The notes under the pieces were generated by a model. The model saw only the letters and a program-made list of their open reading frames with translations, made no database searches and was not told the origin of the DNA. The translations under genes were made by a program, and so were the position numbers. A DNA stretch of 64,000 nucleotides from an uncultured Chloroflexia bacterium (GTDB taxonomy: Bacteria > Chloroflexota > Anaerolineae > CG2-30-64-16): assembly GCA_963774265.1 (NCBI GenBank), contig CAVZDU010000002.1:480001-544000 (forward strand), in the 5' to 3' direction. Of the stretch, positions 20,501-27,800 are shown in pieces; position 1 is the first letter of the stretch, and the number at the start of each line of letters is the position of its first letter.

Positions 20501-22513
20501 CTCGCCAACCTGATCGGGGATATCATCCGGCATCCCATCCGCTTCCTGGAGAACCTGGGCGCGGGGATCGCGGCTGGGGTCGACACGTTTATCGGAAACA
20601 TCGGTACGGAGCTGGCAACCGGGTTCTTCGACTGGCTCACCGGAGCCGTCGGCGGCGCGGGCATCACGCTCCCGGACAAGTTCGACGCCCGGGGCCTGTT
20701 CAGTCTCGCCGCTCAGGTGGTGGGTCTGAGCTGGGAAACGTTCCGCGAGCTGGCGGTCAATAAGTTCGGGCGGAAGGTGGTCGAGGTCCTGGAAAAGGGA
20801 TCCGAGGTCGCCGGGAAGGGCCTTGAGCTGTTCCGGATCGCTCGCAAGGAAGGGCTGGGCGCGCTCTGGGAGCATGTGAAGGAGATGATCGCCAGCAACG
20901 TCGACGAGATCTATGAGAAGGCCAAAGAGGCGGTGCTCTTTGAGGCCGTCAAGAAGGCTCTGGAATTCGTAGCTTCCCTGTTTACCCCGGCCGGTGCGTT
21001 TATCAAAGCCGTACAGCTGCTATACAGGGCCTTGAAATTCCTCGTCGACAATATCGACCGGATCCGCGAGCTGGTCAACGCGTTTATGGATTCGCTCGAG
21101 CTGGCCGTGGCGGGGCAGGTTGACCTCATCAAGCAGAAGGTTATTCTGGCGCTGCGCCGGCTGCTGGTGCTGGCCATTGATGCCCTCGCCAAGCTCCTGG
21201 GGCTCGGCAACCTGGGCGAGAAGGTGCGCACCGTGCTCAAGGCGATACGCAGCCCAATCATCCGTGCCATGTCCTGGTTCCTGGACCGGCTGAAGCCGTT
21301 GGTGATGCGTGTCGCCAAAACCGTGGAGAAGGCGGTGGGCAAGGTCAAGGCCAAAGTAATGCAGGTCATCCAGTGGTGGAAACAGTCGGAGAGATTCGTG
21401 TCATCCGACGGAGGAACGCACAGGGTCTTTTTCCGAGGGGCAGGCGCCGGCGCTCAACTCGTGGTTGCGAGCCAGGAAGAGGCGGTGAAGACCTTCCTGT
21501 CCCGCAAGGCGACCAAGAGCAAAGATGCCGCAGAGAAGAAGGCCATCAACGTTTCCATCAAGGCGTTCGGCAAGGTGGAGGACTCAGAAGACAAGCTCAC
21601 AAACCTCGAGGCCAAGAAGCAGGCCGCCAAGAGTGAGCCGGTCAAGGATAGGGCTAACAAGGACATCAAATCCGAAAGCGGCAGGCTGCGGGGGCACGTC
21701 TTGGCCTTCTCGCAGACTCTCTCCAAGCTGAGCTTTGCGGAGGAGTCCGACCTGCTGACCAAGACCGAGATCGGCTATGGCAGCGAAAGCGGCTCGAAAT
21801 ACGTTGAGGCGAATCCCCTTACCTATCTGCCCGGCCAATACGTCGGCTCGCCGCCCAAGGAGGATCCGGCCGGTTGGGACCACGCCGTGAAGCTCGACAC
21901 CGATCCCAACACCGGCAAACGCCGCAACAACTGGGTGCGGGGTCATCTTCTCAACGAAAACCTGCACGGGCCCGGCCTGGCATGGAACCTCGTGCCGATC
22001 ACGCAGAAGATCAACAGCGAGATGAAAGGTTCCGCCGAGGCCGAAGCCAAGGAGGCGGTTGCCACAAAGGGCAACATGGTTTACTATCGCACGGATGTCA
22101 CCTTCCACGGCGGTGCGCCTCCCATCAGCGATTTCCCGGCCCAGATTCTCGTAAAGTGGCACTACCTGGAACGGCAGCAAGGGGCCAAACCGCCGAAGTT
22201 CAAGGCGAAGGAAGGAACGAAGAGGAACAGGCACAAGTTCACGATGGTGGCGCCGCCTGCAACCGCCGCGGAGGTCCAGTACAACCTGAACGATATCGGC
22301 CGCGACACCCTCGTCAAAGTAACGGGAATTTCTCATCGTTTCGGCCTGCTCATACAGGCCGAGCTGCGCCGGCGAGGGCGTTTCGAAAGCTATCGCAGCT
22401 TCGCCGAGAGGATGGCCAGGTACCAGAGCAGAAACATGGAGAACCAGGCGCTCTTCGACGAGCATCTCGCGAACATCCGGACTGCCAACAAGAAGGGAGC
22501 GATCGTGTTTTAG
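17582..22513 (+). CDS. DUF4157 (eCIS core domain) cargo/effector with C-terminal DNA/RNA non-specific endonuclease and HhH-like domain
   Basis: ATG 17582 after ggggg; FEREAD motif, QAK repeats, DFGAVRIHTD...AQAFTRGNDIYF...LLAHELTHTIQQ, long helical region, WVRGHLLNENLHGPG..WNLVPITQKIN; 1643 aa. Confidence 0.85.
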   Translation: MTAKTKSTLSARSPTPAATRSGRTFFQRKTEGAAASPFFHHAPAGESLQNKLVTGRPGDAFEREADVFAEAVVGNTSPAPAGPALAERATPLRRAGTQAKAEGAGGLRPRIAEEEKVQAKKDEERPLQAKAKDEPLQAGAEEEKRIQAKAEGSQVRAADDEKDPVQARLEDEWIRPGAATEKSAQDEDEPKAPVQARADGTGAEPAVVSVHETLQAEQGRGVPLPADLHRQLARMFGADFGAVRIHTDGNAVHLAQEVHAQAFTRGNDIYFNAGRYDPGSTQGRRLLAHELTHTIQQGTSQPAAGEPPAPEQPQAPPLESTTAGGPAVTAAGPAANPPDNRPAAPPLPGVSAAAPEFAAGPGPTGPGVPPRAAATGATEAIPTAGVPGGPAAAMAATPSEAGVEPPASAAVPPEGVTAPPEEVAAPPEGVAAPPEGVAAPPEGVAAPPEGVAAPPEGVAGAEGAVAPAVIERAPASPGDDPAFQETIRQVGATRRTQRAHKKPEIKKGEVVSAERLPEDAQSTQNDQQEHLVVIDETAQATVREAKPFTPETFRALLKENLQEIENKLPHDEDAADRFKSEKPLEQVKENIGRQVTNEGKKVGDPIVGEAQNPPPDSNLPVEAPKDLKEEPSGKAPRPIDPAAAAPKPKTDAEISMEAESRSLDEQMAGQRLTEEQLAESNEPQFLQALDTKRQAQVEAEAVPARYRDQEQGMLAKASAQAGRAGRQGFGGMFDTRQGVFGAVFTDQAAKTDVGKENLALVHQTLADEYKSTKDRVVEILEQLTTTVNDTFTEQADAAKKTFEKKVEDQLDDIYGITRIDDWIFGEDTEAIEKVFRDEKQRFLEAMDRTLDEIARVIAEKLNAAVDRVKEGRRRSEDLVSHLSEAQQKQAKDALSFYMTQYDTLEESVHDKERELASSLAESYKSNVDALRESFDKIKSEVSKGWIGKAAEFISDVASAIAKLADLLWSVLSRLANLIGDIIRHPIRFLENLGAGIAAGVDTFIGNIGTELATGFFDWLTGAVGGAGITLPDKFDARGLFSLAAQVVGLSWETFRELAVNKFGRKVVEVLEKGSEVAGKGLELFRIARKEGLGALWEHVKEMIASNVDEIYEKAKEAVLFEAVKKALEFVASLFTPAGAFIKAVQLLYRALKFLVDNIDRIRELVNAFMDSLELAVAGQVDLIKQKVILALRRLLVLAIDALAKLLGLGNLGEKVRTVLKAIRSPIIRAMSWFLDRLKPLVMRVAKTVEKAVGKVKAKVMQVIQWWKQSERFVSSDGGTHRVFFRGAGAGAQLVVASQEEAVKTFLSRKATKSKDAAEKKAINVSIKAFGKVEDSEDKLTNLEAKKQAAKSEPVKDRANKDIKSESGRLRGHVLAFSQTLSKLSFAEESDLLTKTEIGYGSESGSKYVEANPLTYLPGQYVGSPPKEDPAGWDHAVKLDTDPNTGKRRNNWVRGHLLNENLHGPGLAWNLVPITQKINSEMKGSAEAEAKEAVATKGNMVYYRTDVTFHGGAPPISDFPAQILVKWHYLERQQGAKPPKFKAKEGTKRNRHKFTMVAPPATAAEVQYNLNDIGRDTLVKVTGISHRFGLLIQAELRRRGRFESYRSFAERMARYQSRNMENQALFDEHLANIRTANKKGAIVF
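18814..18960 (+). repeat. 21-bp tandem repeat x7 encoding (PPEGVAA)n
   Basis: Near-identical units of gccacccgaaggggtagctgc. Confidence 0.95.
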
Positions 22514-22514
22514 C

Positions 22515-23162
22515 ATGGACTACCGGAAACTCCTGAGACACCTGATCGACGAGCTGCAGGCCAACCCGGGCGTGTTGGTCGGGGATGCCTATCTCGGTGA
22601 AGGGCTCACCAACCGTGAAATGCGCGAGCAGGCCGGCGAGCATGGGCTCAAGCTGGCGGAGCCGGTCCGTGAGTTCTACAGCCAGATCGACGGCGCGATC
22701 ATCCAATGGCGGCTCAAGCCGGAGGCGGCTGCATCTATCCGGCTTCGGGGCGGCGACGGCGCCAACGTCATCCGGGGAGAGGCCTCATTCTACATGCTGA
22801 ATGAGATGCTCCCCGAATGGGCAAACCTGCGAGGCACGCCGTTCGACGAAGGACTGAAGGACAAGGGCCGCATCCGTCGCTTCAGGCCGTTCGACAAGAA
22901 CGTCGAGGAGGCATTCGCGGGGTTTGTGGTTGAAGGGAAGCAGGTGGGCCCTGGGATTTACTACCTCCGCCAGGGCGAGGATCTGGCGCCGCTCGCCGCA
23001 GGTCCCGAGGAATATGTCAGGGCGCTCGTGCAAGCAAGGGCTTTTCAGTGGTGGCAAGACGCGTTTGCCGCCCGGCCCGGCGGCCTGTCCGATGCCGATG
23101 TTGCCTTCTATGTGCCCCAGCTGTTCCAGGGTGAGACCCTCGATGCCTTCAAACGCCGTTAA
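22515..23162 (+). CDS. Putative immunity protein, SMI1/KNR4 (SUKH)-like
   Basis: GLTNREMREQAGEHGLKLAEPVREFYSQIDG resembles the SUKH N-terminal pattern; ATG lies 1 nt past the toxin stop codon. Confidence 0.7.
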   Translation: MDYRKLLRHLIDELQANPGVLVGDAYLGEGLTNREMREQAGEHGLKLAEPVREFYSQIDGAIIQWRLKPEAAASIRLRGGDGANVIRGEASFYMLNEMLPEWANLRGTPFDEGLKDKGRIRRFRPFDKNVEEAFAGFVVEGKQVGPGIYYLRQGEDLAPLAAGPEEYVRALVQARAFQWWQDAFAARPGGLSDADVAFYVPQLFQGETLDAFKRR

Positions 23163-24600
23163 CCTGACCCATTCGCTCGAGTACCTGGAGCAGGTAATCC
23201 ACGCGCGGCTGGCGATTCATTTCGCCGCAGTTGCCGATGGCGGAGGGGATGGGACAGCCATCGAGCTGCCGCCGCTGGGCTTCTACGACGACACGTCGGC
23301 GTTTGGCGAGTTCATGAAACGGCGCCAGCCCGAGTTCGAGGAATATGTCGTGATCCTGCTGGCGCTCGCAGGCCACGTGCAGCCGGACTTCCTCGAGAAG
23401 ACCATCCGTGAAGCCCTGCCGGATGCCGGCGACTACCCGGAGATCGGGGGCGCCCGGGACAGGGAGAGCCGCGGCTTCCTGCCCACGGGTGAGACAGCCC
23501 TTTTTCTGATGGCAGGGGACGACCTGGACCGCCGCTTCGAGGTGCAGCGCATCTTCACGGCAGACCATTGGTTTGCGAAGGAGAACATCCTGCACCTGGA
23601 GCCGGCCCACGAGGGCGAGCCCTACTGGAGTGGCCGGCTGTTGCTCAACCCCGAGTTCATCGAGCTCTTCACGCTCGGCCATGTGTCCAGCCCGCCCTTC
23701 AGCGCGGCGTTTCCCGCGCAGGAAATCCACACCGAGCTCGAATGGGACGACCTGGTCCTCGGTCCCGGCGTGCTAGAGCAGATCGACGAGATCAAGCGGT
23801 GGATCGAGCACAACGATACCCTGCTGGACGATTGGGGCATGCGCGGCAAGATCCGGCCCGGCTACCGCGCGCTGTTCTACGGCCCGCCGGGCACGGGCAA
23901 GACGCTGACCGCCACCCTGCTCGGCAAGTACACGGGTAGCAAAGTCTTCCGCATCGACCTGTCCACCGTGGTCTCGAAGTACATCGGGGAGACGGAGAAA
24001 AACCTGGCGAACCTGTTCGACAGGGCGCGCCACAAGCGATGGATTCTCTTCTTTGACGAGGCGGATGCGCTGTTCGGCAAGCGGACGGACGTGAAGGACG
24101 CCCACGACCGCTACGCGAACCAGGAGGTCTCCTACCTGCTGCAGCGGGTGGAGGAATTTGACGGCCTGGTGATCCTGGCGTCGAACTTCAAGGCGAACCT
24201 GGATGAGGCTTTCGTCCGCCGTTTCAACGCCATCGTGCCCTTCCCGTTCCCCACCGAGTCCGAACGCGTGGCCATCTGGCGCAAATCGCTGCCGGCCGGC
24301 ATTCCCTTCGAAGCCGGCGTCGACCTTCCGGCGCTGCTGGGACGATTCGAGCTGGCGGGTGGCAGTATCGTCAACGGCGTACAGCACGCCTGCCTTGCGG
24401 CGATCGCGCACGGCTCCGAGGTCATCCGGCTGGACGATGCGCTAAAAGGCATCCGCCGGGAGGTCGAGAAGGAGGGCAAAGTGTTCAAGAACTTGCTCAA
24501 GGACGAGGGCATCACAGAACCCCCACGAGTCTCCTCAGCTGCAAAACTACCGGTGCCAACGGTGATTACTGAGATCCCCACAATCCCAAGCGGCCAGTAG
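23143..24600 (+). CDS. eCIS AAA+ ATPase (Afp15-like)
   Basis: Walker A GPPGTGKT, VVSKYIGETEKNL, Walker B LFFDEAD, DRYANQEVSYLLQRVE, DEAFVRRF; probable ATG 23143 overlaps the immunity gene end. Confidence 0.95.
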   Translation: MPSNAVNLTHSLEYLEQVIHARLAIHFAAVADGGGDGTAIELPPLGFYDDTSAFGEFMKRRQPEFEEYVVILLALAGHVQPDFLEKTIREALPDAGDYPEIGGARDRESRGFLPTGETALFLMAGDDLDRRFEVQRIFTADHWFAKENILHLEPAHEGEPYWSGRLLLNPEFIELFTLGHVSSPPFSAAFPAQEIHTELEWDDLVLGPGVLEQIDEIKRWIEHNDTLLDDWGMRGKIRPGYRALFYGPPGTGKTLTATLLGKYTGSKVFRIDLSTVVSKYIGETEKNLANLFDRARHKRWILFFDEADALFGKRTDVKDAHDRYANQEVSYLLQRVEEFDGLVILASNFKANLDEAFVRRFNAIVPFPFPTESERVAIWRKSLPAGIPFEAGVDLPALLGRFELAGGSIVNGVQHACLAAIAHGSEVIRLDDALKGIRREVEKEGKVFKNLLKDEGITEPPRVSSAAKLPVPTVITEIPTIPSGQ

Positions 24601-24880
24601 AGCACATTGCTGACCTGAGCGACGGCGCTATCCAGGCCCATCAAAACCACGATTGACATCTGCAGTGGTTGGGTGTAGTCTTCAGGTGGTGTCAAGGTCC
24701 GAGACGAATCGCCGACGACGGGACCTGTCACTGGACCCACCAATGCTCCCCCGTTCGCAGAGGCGTTCGCCCCGGCCAATCTTCGCGTGCTCTTCACACA
24801 GGCATTTTCTGACAGAAGGCTGAATCGTTCCCAACCGAACAACTTTGTGATGCGCGGTGCAGCCGCCAGGGAGATAGGCC

Positions 24881-27800
24881 ATGAAGCTTCCAGACCCTGC
24901 CAGCCATGTGGTCGCACGTGTTGGGCTTGCCGTCGGACTGGCCTTGGTGGCCGGCGCCCTGCTCACCCTCACCCTTGCCGTTTCAGCCGAGACGGCGCGC
25001 GCTCCAACAGAACGGGCGCCAGCCGGTTCGCTGGTCAGCGTCCCGGCGCGCGCGGCTCAGCCTGAGCCGCGCGCGCCGGACACCCGCGCACCGACGGGTC
25101 AGGCCGCGCCGGCCGTCCGCGCCGGACCATCGATGTTCAGGGAGACCTCGCCAGCCTCCGAGAACGTCCCTGCAGACCCGGCCGAAGCCGTCCGCTGCGC
25201 CTGGCAGCGGGCCAAAGATCTGGGCGTCTATCACTTCGCCACCAGCCTGGTGGAGATGCGCTACCCCGCGCCGTCCCTCGCCAACGTCGGCGGCGGGCCG
25301 CAAGAGCAGGAGGTGCGCCTGGAAGGTGATGCCGACCTGCCGGCGCAAAAGCTCACCATGCGGCTGTGGCAGGGCGCGGGCAGTGCGGCCAATCCAGCCG
25401 ACGCCGCAGAGATCCCTCATCGAGGATGGCAGCGCCTACACGCGCGGCGCGGGCAGCGAAAAGTGGCAGCCGGTGGAGGATTTCAGCGGCAACTTCGCGC
25501 CGGGCTCAGACCTGATGAGCTACCTGGCCGGGATCAAGAACGTGACGCGCCTCGGAACAGAAGCCCGGGCGCTGCCGGGGTCCGGCGAGGTCAGATTCAC
25601 CCGGTACGGCTTCGAGATGGACGGCCCCGCGCTGGCGACCTACATGCGTGACCGGCTGGAGCAGGTGCTGCTGGACCAGGGCAAGCTGCCGCCGGGGGTG
25701 ACGTTGGAGGCGGCGCGAGAGTACCGGGAACTGGCGGGGAAGGGGGAGGTGTGGCTCGACGAGCGCGGGCTGCCCCTGCGCCTGGCGCTACACCTGGTAT
25801 ACCCCCCGGCCCAGAACAGCTCGCACTCCGAGGCGGACGTGCAGAGCGATTTCTCCGGCTTCCCCGCGCCTCGTGCCGCGGCCCCGAGCATCACCGGCGA
25901 CCCCATCGCCTGGGCCGGCACCGGGTTCCGGTCCGCAATCGACAACCCCCAATCCGTAGTTGGGGATCTGGCAGCCACCGGCCGCTGGGCCATGGCATGG
26001 GCCAGCAGTCTCGCGCTCGTGGCCCTCATCCTGGTCTGCCGGCGCTCTCGCAGGATGTATCTGGCCGTGGCAGTGGCCGTGATCCTGGCCATGACCGTCA
26101 TGCCGCTCCTGAAGACCGGCCGCGTCGCGGCCTTCATGGAGGAGCAGGCCGCGACGCAGGCGGAGGCGGCGGAGAGGCTCCGCGGCGAACAGGCAGCAGC
26201 CGAGCTGGCCAGCCAGGCCGCGAGCTGGGATCCGCACCGCGATCCGCTGAGCGCGCCGACCGCTCCCCAGGAGCGGCCTGAGCCGAAGGGTCCGGCCGTG
26301 CCGGGGACCAACCTCCCCACCGTCGTCACCACGATTCAGTCGGGCGACCCCTGTGCCGACAAGAGCAAGACGGTCGACACCGACAACGACGGCCTGAGCA
26401 ACCACGATGAGTGCGTCTACGACACGGACCAGGACGTGTTCGACATGGATGGGGATGGGCTGAGCGACGGCCAGGAGGTCATCTACCTGGGCACGGGTCC
26501 GGGGCGGGCCGACAGCGACGGCGACATGATCACCGACACACTGGAGGTGGGGGGCTTCCTCTATCCCGCGAGCGGCCAGCGCTGGTATCTGGACCCGCGC
26601 AGCCCGGACACGAACGGCGACGGGTTCAGCGACGGGCTGGAGTGCCCGGCCTTGAGGCGAGGCGACGCGTCGGTGGCTGCCATCGCGGCCGAATGCGACA
26701 CCGACGGCGACGGCATCCCCAACCTCTTCGAGAGCGACAACGACAACGACGGGGTGCCCGACAAGGTCGACCTCTCGCCAAACCAGGTGGCCGACCTGAA
26801 CGGCATCCGCGGCACCGGTGCGGGTGTGACGCCTTTCACGCGAGATCAGCCCTTCAGTCTCAGGGTGCAGGGGCTGCAGTCGGGCTGGCCGGCGTTCCTG
26901 GACCTGCAGCTGCAACCGGAAAACCCGAAGCACCTGACCTATGCGCTCAACGTGCTGGACTGGCCGGCCGGTGACTCGGAGGGCCAGATCCAGCGGGTCA
27001 AGAACACCACCTTCGCCACGAGCGACAACCCCGACATCCGCCGGCCGGACGACGAAGCGGGCGCGTACGGCGATATGCGCCTGGTGCCGCTGCTGCAGAT
27101 CGAGATGAGCGGGTCGAGCCTGCCGCTGAAGCTCACCACACCCGCCATCACCGCCACCGTCGCGGGTGGTTCTTCGGCCTTGACCACCACCGTGCGCTTC
27201 GAACGAGATGCCACGGACACCAGGACGACGCACATCAAGTTTGCCTTCGAGCGGGCCGGGACCTATGGTGCGCAGATCTTAGCGGGCGACTGCCCCGGCA
27301 GCGGCGCCTCGCTCTGGGGCGCGCAGAATATCACCAACGGCCAGGAGGTGCTGCGCGTGGGCGTGCCGGACGACGGCTGGCTGAACAGCGTGGCCGATGG
27401 CCATCACAGCCTGGTGATCTCCGGCGGCGCAACGTCCGCCTGCGCTAATATGCCGAACATCATCAACGGTCCCTATGCCAACAACATGGTGGATTCGTCG
27501 GTGCTCGCGCCCTACGGCATCGGGCTGCAGGAGGCGGGCAGCGGCACGGACACGGTCGTGTTGGCCTTCGTGCCGCTGAGCACGGTGAGCGACGACACCA
27601 CCGGCGGCCGCACGGCGTTTTCAGCGCGCATGCCCTACTGGCCCGGCGAGGCCAACGCCTGGGGCGAGGCGCAGAAACTGCGCATGGTGTGGGCGGTGCA
27701 GATGCTGACGGATGCGTGCACGGACTTCCCACCCACGCTGGAGAAGTACCAGGTGAGCCACCCCGGCGCGACGCAGGAAGAGTACGACGAGGCGCAGCCA

